Translations under genes and position numbers: made by a program
Notes under the pieces: model-generated
What the model saw: only the letters and a program-made list of their open reading frames with translations
Database searches by the model: none
What the model was told of the DNA's origin: nothing
NCBI GenBank assembly: GCA_963752285.1
Contig: CAVVXN010000002.1
Coordinates: forward strand, 288,001-352,000
DNA length: 64,000 bases
Direction: 5' to 3'
DNA from: an uncultured Planctomycetota bacterium
GTDB lineage: Bacteria; Planctomycetota; PLA2; JAEUHO01
Shown: positions 38,753 to 48,979 of the stretch, in pieces
Position numbering within the stretch: the first letter of the stretch is position 1
How the letters are laid out: each line of letters starts with the position of its first letter

Positions 38753-41323
38753 CTACGCGCCCTCCGGGGGAACGCCGGGCGTGTCCTCCGCGGGCGTGCT
38801 CTCCGGCGCGGCGTCCGGCCCGTCCTCGGCGGCCCCGGTGGCGGCTCCGGCGTCGTCGTCGGACGCCCCGGTGGTGTCGCCGTCCGCGTCCTCGGGGCGG
38901 ACCCAGGCCATCGAGACGAGCCGGTCGCCCTCGGGGACCGCGATCGCCTTCACGCCGGCCGTCGCGCGCCCGGTGGTGCGGAACTGGTCTTCCGTCACGG
39001 ACATGCGGAGCGTCTGGCCGCCCTCGGTGATGACGATGATCTCGTCCCCGTCCCGGACGGACCGGGCGGCGACGACCTCGCCGTTCCGCTCGAGGCCCGC
39101 CTGCGAGATGTTCATCACCCCCTGGCCCCCGCGGTTGTGGACGGGGTACTCGTGGAAGTGGGAGCGCTTCGCGTAGCCGCGCTCGCACACCGTGAGCAGC
39201 GTGGCGTCCTCGCCGGGGATCGCCATGCCCACGACCCGGTCGCCCTCGCGGAGCGAGATGCCCTTCACGCCGCTCGCGGTGCGCCCCATCGCGCGGACCT
39301 GGGCCACGGGAAAGTGGATCGCCTTGCCCCGCGCGGTCACGAGCACCAGGTCCTGGGCGTCCTCCACCAGCGCGGTGCCGATCAGGGCGTCCCCCTCGCG
39401 GAGCGCGACGGCGAGGATGCCGCCGCTCCGGATGTTCTGGTACTCCGACAGGCGCGTCCGCTTCACGCGTCCCTCGCGCGTCACGAAGAGGAGCGAGCGG
39501 GCGTCGTCCATGTCGCGGAGCTTCAGGATCGCGTGGACGTTCTCGCCCGGCTCGAGCCTCAGGTAGTTCACGAGCGCCCGGCCCTGGGCGTACCGGCCCG
39601 CCACCGGAAGGTGGTACACGAGCTCCTTCAGCACGCGACCGCGGTCGGTGAAGAACAGCAGCCAGTCGTGGGTGTTGGCCACGAGGAGGCGTTCGACGAA
39701 GTCGCCCTCCTTCGCCTCGGTGCCCTTGATGCCCTTGCCGCCGCGGAGCTGCATGCGGTACTCCTCGAGGGGCGTCCGCTTGATGTAGCCCTCGTGCGAG
39801 ACCGTGACGACGACGTTCTCGGGCACGACGAGGTCGAGCGTGCCGTACTCGCCCTGTGCGTCCTCGATCACGGTGCGACGGGGATCCGGGTAGCGCTTGC
39901 CGAGCTGGACCATCTCGTCGCGGATGAGCGCGAGGACGTGCTTCTCGTCGGAGAGGATCCGGCGGTACTCGGCGATCTCGGCCTGGAGCGCGCCGTGCTC
40001 CGCCTCGAGCTCCTCGCGCTGCAGGCCCGTGAGACGCTGCAGCCGCATCTGGAGGATCGCGTCCGCCTGGACCGCCGAGAAGCCGAAGCGGGAGACGATG
40101 CCGTCCTTCGCGGCCTGGGGGTCCCGGCTCGCCCGGATCAGCGCCACGATCTCGTCGATCCGGTCGAGGGCCTTCAGGAGGCCCTCCACGATGTGGTCGC
40201 GCTCCTCGGCCTTGCGGAGCAGGTACCGCGTCCGCCGCGTGAGGACCTCCTGGCGGTGCCGGACGTACTCCTCGATGAGCCGCTTCAGGGGGCAGAGGAC
40301 CGGCCGCCCGTCCACGAGCGCGATCATGATCACGCTGAACGACTCGCGAAGCGGCGTGAACCGGTACAGCTGGTTCAGGACGATCTCGGGGTCCTCGCCC
40401 TTCTTCAGCTTGATCACGATGCGCGTCTTCGTGTCCGACTCGTTGCGGATGTCGGAGATCCCGGTGACGCGGTCGGCCTTCGCCGCCTCGACGATCTTCT
40501 TGACGAGCGTCTCGCGGCCGAGCTGGAACGGGATCTCGCGCACGACGATCTCGGGGGCCGTGCGCTCGTTCTCGACGATCTCCGTGAGCGCGCGCACCTC
40601 GAGGATCGCGCGGCCCGTGGTGTACGCGTCGAGGATGGCCTGCCGCCCGCAGATGCGACCGCCCGTGGGGAAGTCGGGACCCTGCACGTGCTGCATGAGG
40701 CCCGCGACCGTGATCTCGGGGTCGTCGAGGTACGCCACGATCGCCGCCGCGACCTCCGCGGCGTTGTGGGGCGGGATCGAGGAGGCCATGGCGACGGCGA
40801 TGCCGGCGCCCCCGTTGACGAGGAGGTTCGGAAAGAGGCCCGGCAGGACGGTCGGCTCGAGGCGCGACTCGTCGTAGTTCGGGCGGAAGTCCACCGTCTC
40901 CTTGTCGAGGTCCTGGAGCAGCTCCATGGCCGAAGGCGTCAAGCGGCACTCCGTGTACCGCATCGCGGCCGGGGGATCGCCCTCGATCGACCCGAAGTTG
41001 CCCTGCGGGTGCACGAGCGGCATCCGCATGTTGAAGTCCTGCCCCATGCGGACGAGCGTCGGGTAGACGACCTGGTCGCCGTGGGGGTGGTAGTTGCCGA
41101 CCGTCTCGCCCGCGACCTTCGCGCACTTCTGGGTCTTGCGGTTCGGGGAGAGCCCCAGGTCGTTCATCGCGACGAGGATGCGGCGCTGGCTCGGCTTCAG
41201 GCCGTCGCGCACGTCCGGCAGCGCGCGGTCCACGATCACGCTCATCGCGTACCGGAGGTACGACTGCTTGAGCTCCGTCGCGATGTCGAGGTCCTGGATG
41301 CGCTCGGGGGCTTCGGGAGCCAT
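38753..41323 (-). CDS. gyrA: DNA gyrase subunit A
   Basis: RALPDVRDGLKP, YHPHGD, AAMRYTE (catalytic Tyr), GyrA-box QLRGGKG, pinwheel repeats, acidic tail. Confidence 0.97.
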   Translation of the reverse strand: MAPEAPERIQDLDIATELKQSYLRYAMSVIVDRALPDVRDGLKPSQRRILVAMNDLGLSPNRKTQKCAKVAGETVGNYHPHGDQVVYPTLVRMGQDFNMRMPLVHPQGNFGSIEGDPPAAMRYTECRLTPSAMELLQDLDKETVDFRPNYDESRLEPTVLPGLFPNLLVNGGAGIAVAMASSIPPHNAAEVAAAIVAYLDDPEITVAGLMQHVQGPDFPTGGRICGRQAILDAYTTGRAILEVRALTEIVENERTAPEIVVREIPFQLGRETLVKKIVEAAKADRVTGISDIRNESDTKTRIVIKLKKGEDPEIVLNQLYRFTPLRESFSVIMIALVDGRPVLCPLKRLIEEYVRHRQEVLTRRTRYLLRKAEERDHIVEGLLKALDRIDEIVALIRASRDPQAAKDGIVSRFGFSAVQADAILQMRLQRLTGLQREELEAEHGALQAEIAEYRRILSDEKHVLALIRDEMVQLGKRYPDPRRTVIEDAQGEYGTLDLVVPENVVVTVSHEGYIKRTPLEEYRMQLRGGKGIKGTEAKEGDFVERLLVANTHDWLLFFTDRGRVLKELVYHLPVAGRYAQGRALVNYLRLEPGENVHAILKLRDMDDARSLLFVTREGRVKRTRLSEYQNIRSGGILAVALREGDALIGTALVEDAQDLVLVTARGKAIHFPVAQVRAMGRTASGVKGISLREGDRVVGMAIPGEDATLLTVCERGYAKRSHFHEYPVHNRGGQGVMNISQAGLERNGEVVAARSVRDGDEIIVITEGGQTLRMSVTEDQFRTTGRATAGVKAIAVPEGDRLVSMAWVRPEDADGDTTGASDDDAGAATGAAEDGPDAAPESTPAEDTPGVPPEGA

Positions 41324-41454
41324 GCGGAGATCCCCACGGGGTCGGGTGCGGACGTGGACGGCGGGAGGCGGGAAGGAGGCCCGGGCCCTCCGGTCGGCCG
41401 GGGCCGGCCGCCCCGCGCGAGACGGCCGGGGCCGCGCGCACCAAAGGCCCGATT

Positions 41455-43509
41455 TTACGCGCCTCGGCGGGCTTTCTCCCCCCTTTCCAGGGGTGTCCGA
41501 CCGGCGTCAGCGCCCCCCGGGCGGGATGCGCTCCAGGAGCCGCCGGGCGTCCTCGCGGAGCTCCTCCCACTCGGTGGCGTCGCCCGACCGGGACGCGAGC
41601 ACCTTCGTCTCGACCCGGTGTCGCGCCTCCTCGAGACGGCCGGCGGCGGCGTCGATGGAGGCCTCGAGGAGCGCCAGCCGCGCGTCCCGGTAGGCGTCGC
41701 CCCCGGCCCCCGCGTCGTAGCGGACCGCGCGCGCCTTCTCGAGGAGGGCGCGCGCACGCTCGACGTCGCCCGCTTCCGCGAGCGCCCGGCCGAGGTCCAC
41801 GCGGAGCGGGAACACGAGCAGGGCCATCTCGTCGGGCTCGAGGTCGCTCCGCTCGACCGCGTCGAGCGCCTCGTCGAGGTCGTGCCGCGCGCCCGCGAGG
41901 TCCCCGAGCCCGTGCATGCGCGCGTCGGCCCGGTTCGCGAGCGAGAGGAGACGATACCTCTCGGCGCGTCGTCCCCCCGGCCCGCGAGCGAGCGCGCGGC
42001 CTCGTCGAAGTCGTCGAGCGCTTCGCGCCAGCGCGCGGCGTCCTCGGGGCGTCGCACGGGCAGCCGCGCCTCGAGCGCGGTCGCCGCCTCGATGCCCCGG
42101 TCGAACGCGACCACGCCCCGCGCGACCGCGAGCTCGGTCGGCACGCGCACCGCCGTGACCAGCACCGCGAGCAGCACCCCCGCGGCGAACAGGCGGTGGA
42201 GTCCGCGCCGCCGTCGCTGGAAGCGCTCCCGCACCTCGGGGTCCGTCGCCCACGCGGCGACGTACGCCACGCGTTGGCTGATCGTCCCGTGGGTGTGGCT
42301 CCGCCCCTCGCCGGCCACGAGCCGCACGCGCTCGAGCGCGCGGATCATGCGCGTGGCGCCCGCGGGGATCGGGGCCGCGAGGCCCGGCACCCACAGGCTC
42401 TCGGGGCTCGGCTCCAGGTCCGCGGCGTGGTCCGCGCCGTACACGTCCGCTTCGCGTTCGAAGAACCGCGCGACGACGCCGAGGAGCACGAACCAGATGA
42501 ACAGCAGGTACACGCCGAGCCCGAGCTCCTCGGGCAGGCCCCACGCCTCGAAGACCGCGTCCAGCACGCCGAAGGCGAGCGCCGTGGACGCGAAGAGGAG
42601 GAGGAAGAGCGGGAGGTGGCGCTTCATCGCGTGGCCGGCCTCGTGGCTGAACACGGCGAGCACCTCCTCCTCGGGGAGGTGGTTCAGGAGCCCGTCCGTG
42701 ACGAAGATCGTCCGGGTGCCCGGCGTGAACCCGACGACCATCGCGTTCAGCATGCGCCCGTGGGTCCTCCAGACGACGATGTCCCGGTAGCGGAGGCCGA
42801 TCGCCGTCGCCTGCCGCTCGAGCAGGGCGCGCGTCGGCCCGGCCGGCATCGAGGTGGTCGAGAGGAGGCGGCGGAGCGCCCCGGGGAGCGCGAAGGAGAC
42901 GAGGGCGAGGACGACGATCGCGGTGGCGAGGCCGAGGATCGGCATCGCCTCGAACCACTGCGAGGCCTCCCGCATCCCCGGCACGCCCCAGTGCCCGAGC
43001 AGCCAGATCCCCTGGAGGACCCCCACGACGATCGGGAGCGGCGCGAGGAACAGCCCGTTTCGCGCCAGCCCCCGGCGGACCGACGCCCAGGGGCCGGGCG
43101 CGCCCCGTGCGGCGCCGCCGGGCGAGAGCGCCGAGGCGATCCGGCCCTGCGCGGCCCACTCGGCCGACCAGAGCACCGCCACGGGCAGGAAGAGGACGAC
43201 GTAGGGGAGCAGCCACGTCGTGCGCGGGAACGTGTCCACGACCCACGTCACCCAGTCGAACCCCTCGACGGCCGCGATCCAGGCCACGAGCGGCCAGACG
43301 CCGCTCAACCGCACCACCCGCCGTCGCCGCCCGTCCTCGGGGTTCTTGACGAGGCGGATCACCCGCTCCGCGGACAGCCACGAGAGGGCGACCCCGGCCA
43401 ACGTGGCGGCGACGGTCCCCGCGACCGCCCGCACGCCGTCGACGGGACCCGTCGAGGCCGAGGACAGCCCGAGGAAGAGCGCGACGAGGAGCGAGAGGTC
43501 GGGAAGCAA
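41455..43509 (-). CDS. M48-family integral membrane Zn metalloprotease; apparent 1-nt frameshift near 41975 separates a TPR-like C-terminus (probable true stop at 41507)
   Basis: TTG at 43509 with TACAAT 7 nt upstream; multiple TM, NAMVVG, HEAGH, EREAD, THGTISQRV; helical TPR-like sequence continues in another frame. Confidence 0.85.
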   Translation of the reverse strand: MLPDLSLLVALFLGLSSASTGPVDGVRAVAGTVAATLAGVALSWLSAERVIRLVKNPEDGRRRRVVRLSGVWPLVAWIAAVEGFDWVTWVVDTFPRTTWLLPYVVLFLPVAVLWSAEWAAQGRIASALSPGGAARGAPGPWASVRRGLARNGLFLAPLPIVVGVLQGIWLLGHWGVPGMREASQWFEAMPILGLATAIVVLALVSFALPGALRRLLSTTSMPAGPTRALLERQATAIGLRYRDIVVWRTHGRMLNAMVVGFTPGTRTIFVTDGLLNHLPEEEVLAVFSHEAGHAMKRHLPLFLLLFASTALAFGVLDAVFEAWGLPEELGLGVYLLFIWFVLLGVVARFFEREADVYGADHAADLEPSPESLWVPGLAAPIPAGATRMIRALERVRLVAGEGRSHTHGTISQRVAYVAAWATDPEVRERFQRRRRGLHRLFAAGVLLAVLVTAVRVPTELAVARGVVAFDRGIEAATALEARLPVRRPEDAARWREALDDFDEAARSLAGRGDDAPRGIVSSRSRTGPTRACTGSGTSRARGTTSTRRSTRSSGATSSPTRWPCSCSRSAWTSAGRSRKRATSSVRAPSSRRRARSATTRGPGATPTGTRGWRSSRPPSTPPPAVSRRRDTGSRRRCSRPGRATPPSGRSSARTPGGSWSASRPGGADAGRTPLERGEKARRGA

Positions 43510-43686
43510 GGGGCGGATTGTAGGGCGTGGGGGCGCGGATCCTCCGGGCCGCCCCGGACACGACGCGATGTCGCGGCACGCGGGGTCGGGCGGTACCGTG
43601 GCGCGGCCCGAACGGGGTCCGTAGCCTCGGGCCCCCTCGCGCCGCGCGCCCGTGCGGTCCCGCGAGCGGCCCACGGGAGGAGTTCG

Positions 43687-44214
43687 ATGAGCGCAAACCT
43701 GGGCGCCACGCGCCGGAAGGTCCACCTCGTGCTCGACGTGAACGGCGATCGGCACGAGGCGGCCTTCGCGCCCCAGAAGACGCTGCTCGAGGTCCTCCGC
43801 GAGGACCTCGGTCTGACCGGGACCAAGCACGGCTGCGAGCTCGGCGAGTGCGGCACCTGCACGGTCCTCGTGGACGGGGAGCCGGTGCTGTCGTGCCTCG
43901 TCCTCGCGCTCGACTGCGCGAACCGGCGGATCGAGACGGTCGAGGGCCTCGCCGGGCCCGACGGCCTCCACCCCCTGCAGCGCGCGTTCGCCGAGCTCGG
44001 CGCCGCCCAGTGCGGCTACTGCACGCCCGGGTTCCTTCTCACCGCGAAGGCGCTGCTCGAGCGCGAGCCGGCGCCCTCGCGCGAGACGATCCGCGAGGAG
44101 CTGTCCGGCAACCTCTGCCGCTGCACCGGCTACCTCACGATCTTCGAGGCCGTCGAGCGCGCCGCGGCCGAGATGCGCGGCGAGGCCCCGTCCGCCACCG
44201 AGGAGGCCCGATGA
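43687..44214 (+). CDS. Xanthine-oxidase-family 2x[2Fe-2S] subunit (HcrC/CoxS-like)
   Basis: GTKHGCELGECGTCTV, QCGYCTPG, GNLCRCTGY; GGAGG RBS. Confidence 0.95.
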   Translation: MSANLGATRRKVHLVLDVNGDRHEAAFAPQKTLLEVLREDLGLTGTKHGCELGECGTCTVLVDGEPVLSCLVLALDCANRRIETVEGLAGPDGLHPLQRAFAELGAAQCGYCTPGFLLTAKALLEREPAPSRETIREELSGNLCRCTGYLTIFEAVERAAAEMRGEAPSATEEAR

Positions 44215-46655
44215 GCGACGCGCGGCCCTTCCGGCTCGTGGGCCGGTCGCCGACGCGGGTGGACGGCCCCGCGAAGGTGACGGGCGAGACGCGCTTCGCC
44301 GACGACCTCTCCCTGCCGCGGATGCTGTACGCCAAGATCCTGCGTTCCTCCGTCGCACACGCGCGGATCCTCTCGATCGACACGAGCGAGGCGGAGGCGA
44401 TGGAGGGCGTCCAGGCCGTCCTTACCGGCCGCGACCTGCCCGTGTCCTTCGGCATCCTGCCCGTGTCGCAGGACGAGCACGCCCTGTCGATCGACCGCGT
44501 GCGGTTCGTGGGCGACCCCGTCGTGGCCGTCGCGGCGGTGGACGAGGACACGGCCTTCCGCGCGATCCAGCGGATCCAGGTCGAGACCGAGGAGATCCCC
44601 GCGGTCTACGACCCCGCCCGGGCGATTCGAAACGAGACCCCGCCGATCCACGACTACGGCGACGACGGCAACGTGCACAAGCGCGTGTCGATGTGCTTCG
44701 GGGACGTCGAGGGCGCGCTCGGCGCCGCGGACCTCGTGCTCGAGGACGTCTGCTTCTACGAGGGCAACACGCACCTGCCGATGGAGCAGCACGCCGCGCT
44801 CGCCGTGCGCGAGGCGGACGGACGGCTGACGATCTGGTCGTCCACCCAGACGCCGCACTACCTGCACCGCGCGCTCGCGCAGGTCCTCGGGATGCCGCCG
44901 TCGCGAATCCGGGTGGTCGCGTGCCCGAACGGCGGGGGCTTCGGCGGCAAGAGCGACCCCTTCAACCACGAGATCGTCGTGGCGAAGCTGGCCCTCCTCA
45001 CGAACCGCCCCGTCAAGATCACGCTCACGCGCGAGGAGGTCTTCTACTGCCACCGCGGACGCCATCCCGTGCACATGCGGATCCGGACGGGCTTCCGGAA
45101 GGACGGCTCGATCACGGGCATGCACTTCGAGAGCCTGCTCGACGGCGGCGCGTACGGCTCCTACGGCGTGGCGAGCACGTACTACACGGGCGCGCTCCAG
45201 ACCGTCACGTACCGGGTGCCCGCGTACCGCTTCGACGGCGTCCGCGTGTTCACGAACAAGGCGCCCTGCGGGCCGAAGCGCGGACACGGAACGCCCCAGC
45301 CCCGGTTCGCGCTCGAGGTGCAGCTCGACAAGGCCGCCGAGCAGCTCGGCCTCGACCCCGCCGAGATGCGGCTCTCCATGCTCCAGCCGCCCGACTCCGT
45401 CACGGCGAACTGGCTCCGGATCGGCTCGATGGGCCTCGGCGCGTGCATCGGGAAGGTGGTCGAGGGGAGCGGTTGGCGCGAGAAGCACCGGCGCCTCCCG
45501 CGCGGGCGCGGCGTGGGCCTGGCGTGCTCGTCGTACATCTGCGGGGCCGGTCTGCCCATCTACTGGAACGCGATGCCGCACAGCGGCGTGACCGTCGGGC
45601 TCGACCGTGGGGGCGGCGTCGCCGTGCTCTGCGGCGAGACCGAGATCGGGCAGGGCAGCGACACCGTGCTCGCGACGTGCGTGGCCGAGGTGCTCGGGGT
45701 GGACCTCGCGGACGTCCGCCTCCTCGTGGCCGACACCGCGCTCACGCCCGTGGACCTCGGCTCCTACAGCAGCCGCGTCACGCTGATGGTGGGGAACGCC
45801 GCGATCCAGGCCGCGACGCGCGCGCGGGACGTCCTCGCCCGGGCCGCCGCGGCGCGTCTCGAGGTGCCCGAGGCCCGGCTCGTCTTCGCCGACGGCCGGG
45901 TGTTCGACGCGGAGGACCCGGAGCGCGGCCTCGCCTTCGACGAGGCGGTCCGACTGGCCGAGGCGCAGCACGGCACGCTCGCCTTCGCGGGCTCGTACAC
46001 GCCCCCGCGCTCGCCCGGCCGCTACCGCGGGGCCGGCGTCGGGCCCTCCCCCGCCTACTCGTACACGGCCGCGGTGGTCGAGATCGAGGCCGACGAGGAC
46101 ACCGGCGAGATCCGCGTGGACCACGTGTGGATCGCGCACGACGTCGGTCGGGCGATCAACCGCGCGCTCGTCCGCGGCCAGGTGGAGGGCGGCGTCTACA
46201 TGGGCCTCGGCGAGGCCCTGATGGAGGAGATGACGTATCGGCCGGGGCGCTTCGGCGTCCACAAGATCCCGTCGCTCCTCGAGTACAAGAGCCCGACGAC
46301 CCTGGAGATGCCCGACGTCACGACGTACCTCGTCGAGGACCCCGACCCGAACGGTCCCTTCGGCGCGAAGGAGGTCGGCCAGGGTCCGCTCCTTCCGATC
46401 ATGCCCGCCGTCGCGAACGCGCTCTACGACGCGCTCGGCGTGCGCGTGGACGAGGTGCCCATCACCCCGGACAAGGTGCTCCGGGCCCTCGATGCGCCGA
46501 ATCGCCGCGCCGGGCCGCGGAGCTACCCGGACCTCCGGATCACCGAGACGATGCGCGTGAAGACCCGGGAGGAGGGCGGCGACGGGACCGCGCCGAGGCC
46601 CGAGAAGCCGACGGGCCAGAGCGGGAAGCCCGCGCCGGAGGCGGCCTCGCGATGA
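44211..46655 (+). CDS. Xanthine-oxidase-family molybdopterin subunit (4-hydroxybenzoyl-CoA reductase alpha-like)
   Basis: ATG at 44211; GGGFGGK, KRGHG, EIGQG, YSSR, GQVEGG, GAKEVGQG. Confidence 0.9.
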   Translation: MSDARPFRLVGRSPTRVDGPAKVTGETRFADDLSLPRMLYAKILRSSVAHARILSIDTSEAEAMEGVQAVLTGRDLPVSFGILPVSQDEHALSIDRVRFVGDPVVAVAAVDEDTAFRAIQRIQVETEEIPAVYDPARAIRNETPPIHDYGDDGNVHKRVSMCFGDVEGALGAADLVLEDVCFYEGNTHLPMEQHAALAVREADGRLTIWSSTQTPHYLHRALAQVLGMPPSRIRVVACPNGGGFGGKSDPFNHEIVVAKLALLTNRPVKITLTREEVFYCHRGRHPVHMRIRTGFRKDGSITGMHFESLLDGGAYGSYGVASTYYTGALQTVTYRVPAYRFDGVRVFTNKAPCGPKRGHGTPQPRFALEVQLDKAAEQLGLDPAEMRLSMLQPPDSVTANWLRIGSMGLGACIGKVVEGSGWREKHRRLPRGRGVGLACSSYICGAGLPIYWNAMPHSGVTVGLDRGGGVAVLCGETEIGQGSDTVLATCVAEVLGVDLADVRLLVADTALTPVDLGSYSSRVTLMVGNAAIQAATRARDVLARAAAARLEVPEARLVFADGRVFDAEDPERGLAFDEAVRLAEAQHGTLAFAGSYTPPRSPGRYRGAGVGPSPAYSYTAAVVEIEADEDTGEIRVDHVWIAHDVGRAINRALVRGQVEGGVYMGLGEALMEEMTYRPGRFGVHKIPSLLEYKSPTTLEMPDVTTYLVEDPDPNGPFGAKEVGQGPLLPIMPAVANALYDALGVRVDEVPITPDKVLRALDAPNRRAGPRSYPDLRITETMRVKTREEGGDGTAPRPEKPTGQSGKPAPEAASR

Positions 46656-47629
46656 TGCGCCTCCCGCTCTTCACGTACCGCGCGCCGACGACGCTCGACG
46701 AGACGATCCGCATCCTCGCGGGCGAAGGCCCCGGCGCCATGATCGTGGCCGGCGGGACCGACCTCTGGCCGAACATGAAGCGGCGTCACCAGACGCCCGC
46801 GACCGTGGTCTCGGTCCGTCGCATCCAGCGTCTCAAGGGCCGTGCGCGGTCCGACGACGGCGCGTGGCGCCTCGGCGCGGGCGAGTCGCTCCGTGCGCTC
46901 GAGCGGGATCCCGCGCTCCGAACCGACGCCCCGGCGCTCGTGGACGCCGTGCGCTCGATCAGCACGCCGATCCTCCGCAACATGGCGACGATCGGCGGGA
47001 ACGTCTGCCTGGACACGCGCTGCAACTACTACGACCAGACGTGGGAGTGGCGGCGCGGCGTCCGCTTCTGCATGAAGTGCGAGGGGGACGTCTGCTGGAC
47101 CGCGCCCGGCAGCGACCGCTGCTGGGCCGTCAACTCGTCCGACTCCGTGCCGGTCCTCGTCGCCCTCGGGGCGCGCGCCCTCCTCGTCGGTCCGGACGGC
47201 GAGCGCGAGGTCCCCTTCGAGGACCTGTTCCGGGACGACGGGATCGACTACCTCACGAAGAAGAAGGACGAGGTGCTCGTGGACCTCGCGCTGCCCGCCC
47301 CCGGCGCCGGCCGGGCGGCGTACCGGAAGGTCCGCCGGCGCGGTGCGTTCGACTTCCCGGTGGCCGCGGTCGCCGTGTGGCTCTCGATGGACGGCGAGCG
47401 CGTCGCCGAGGCGCGGATCGTCCTGAACGCGGTGGGCTCGGCGCCGGTCCGGAGCGCCGACGCCGAGGCCGTTCTCGTCGGGCAGGCGCTCGGGGACGAG
47501 GTGATCGAGGAGGCCGCGCGCCTGGCCGGGCGGCCCGCGAAGCCGCTCGACAACACGGACCACCTCCACACGTGGCGAAAGAAGATGATCCGCGTGGAGA
47601 CCCGGCGGGCGCTCGCGTCCCTCCGCTGA
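46652..47629 (+). CDS. Xanthine-oxidase-family FAD subunit with [4Fe-4S] insert (HcrB-like)
   Basis: AGGTDL, RNMATIGGN, Cys-rich insert CLDTRCNYYDQ...FCMKCEGDVCW...RCWA. Confidence 0.9.
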   Translation: MMRLPLFTYRAPTTLDETIRILAGEGPGAMIVAGGTDLWPNMKRRHQTPATVVSVRRIQRLKGRARSDDGAWRLGAGESLRALERDPALRTDAPALVDAVRSISTPILRNMATIGGNVCLDTRCNYYDQTWEWRRGVRFCMKCEGDVCWTAPGSDRCWAVNSSDSVPVLVALGARALLVGPDGEREVPFEDLFRDDGIDYLTKKKDEVLVDLALPAPGAGRAAYRKVRRRGAFDFPVAAVAVWLSMDGERVAEARIVLNAVGSAPVRSADAEAVLVGQALGDEVIEEAARLAGRPAKPLDNTDHLHTWRKKMIRVETRRALASLR

Positions 47630-47650
47630 GCCCTCCGCGGGGACCTCGCC

Positions 47651-48952
47651 TCAGCGGCCCGTGCCCGCCGCCTCGCGACGGAGGTCCGGCAGCGCGGCGC
47701 GCGCGCGCTCCGCGGCCTCGCTGTCCGGCGCCTCCTCGACGATCTTCTCGTACTGGCGGATCGCCTCCGCCGCGTCGTCGCGCCCGTACGCGAGCTCGGC
47801 GAGCAGCGCGCGCGCGTCGATCGCCGGCGCGGTCTTCGGCGCGAGCCTGACGGCGGCCTCCGCCTCGGTCCGCGCGGCGGCGAGGTCGTTCGCGCGCACC
47901 GCGGCGCGTGCGAGGAGAAGGTGCGCGCGGGCCGCGCTCCCGCCCTCGGCGAGGTGCGCCACCACCCATCGCAGCTCCTCGTCCGCGCCCGCCTCGTCGT
48001 GGTGGTCACGCAGGAGGTCGGCGACCACGAGACGGACCTGAGCCTCGCCCTCGCGTCGCCCCGCGTCGGCTTCGGCCTTCCGAAGCGCCTCGAGGCGCTC
48101 GAGCCGGCCCCGGTAGAGGGTCTCGCCGTCGGACGCCCCCTCGAGGTCCATGGTCGCGCGCCGGACGAGCCAGGCGACGCGGTCGGGATGGTCGGGCCAT
48201 CGCTGGAGCAAGAGGTCGAGCGCGCGGCGCTCGAGCGCGGGGTCCCGCGCCTTTGCCGCGAGGGCCACGACCTGCTCCCACAGCCCGGGCGAGGGCGAGC
48301 GTTCGGCGACGCGGAGCATCGTCTCGGCGGCCGACCGGGGATCGCTCCGCTCGAGGTAGAGCAACGCGAGGCGCTGGAGCGACTCCGCGCTGTCCTCGTG
48401 GCGGAGCGACGCCTCCCGTTCCCGGAACGCCCGGTTCTCGACCTCCGCGCGCTCGAGGTCGCGGACGAGCGCCGCCGTGTCGGGGAACCCGTCGGCGAGG
48501 AGGTCCCGGACCACGACCTGCCCGTCGGCGGTCAACACCAAGAGCGCCGGGAAGCCCTCGACGTCGTACCGATCGAGGAACGACTTCGCCGCGGGCGTCT
48601 CGTCCTCGCCCCCGAGGACGCGGACCGCCACCCAGCGGTCGGAGAGCACGCGGCTGTCCGGCTTCGAGAACACGTCGCGCTCGAGCCGTGCGCAGCCCGG
48701 ACAGAACGGTCGGTGGCGCCCCACGTAGACGAAGAGGAGGCGGTCGGGCCCGCCCGCGCGGGCGGCGCCCGCGGCGAAGCCGTCCACGAAGCGGACGCCG
48801 GGCGTCTCCGCGCCGGCCGGCTCGTCCGCGCGCGCATCGAGCGCCCCCGCGAGGAGGGCGAGCGCGCCGAGGATCGCCGCCAACGCCCGGCGCTCCGCGT
48901 GGCGCGCGCCACGGGCGGGCTCGGCGGTCGGTCGAGGCGTGCGCGTCGGCAC
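47651..48952 (-). CDS. Exported thioredoxin-like (CPGC) plus TPR protein
   Basis: Signal peptide ending ARA|D; FCPGC; VEGFP cis-Pro loop; C-terminal helical repeats. Confidence 0.8.
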   Translation of the reverse strand: MPTRTPRPTAEPARGARHAERRALAAILGALALLAGALDARADEPAGAETPGVRFVDGFAAGAARAGGPDRLLFVYVGRHRPFCPGCARLERDVFSKPDSRVLSDRWVAVRVLGGEDETPAAKSFLDRYDVEGFPALLVLTADGQVVVRDLLADGFPDTAALVRDLERAEVENRAFREREASLRHEDSAESLQRLALLYLERSDPRSAAETMLRVAERSPSPGLWEQVVALAAKARDPALERRALDLLLQRWPDHPDRVAWLVRRATMDLEGASDGETLYRGRLERLEALRKAEADAGRREGEAQVRLVVADLLRDHHDEAGADEELRWVVAHLAEGGSAARAHLLLARAAVRANDLAAARTEAEAAVRLAPKTAPAIDARALLAELAYGRDDAAEAIRQYEKIVEEAPDSEAAERARAALPDLRREAAGTGR

Positions 48953-48979
48953 GGAGGCTCCGGGGGCGACCTCCCGATC

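Noticed and set aside
38753..41323. Topoisomerase IV parC
   Set aside because: An intact GyrA-box (QLRGGKG) and acidic tail indicate gyrA
43687..47629. Aerobic CO dehydrogenase (coxMSL)
   Set aside because: No AYxCSFR or AYRGAGR active-site loop; the large subunit has KRGHG and the FAD subunit has an HcrB-type Cys insert
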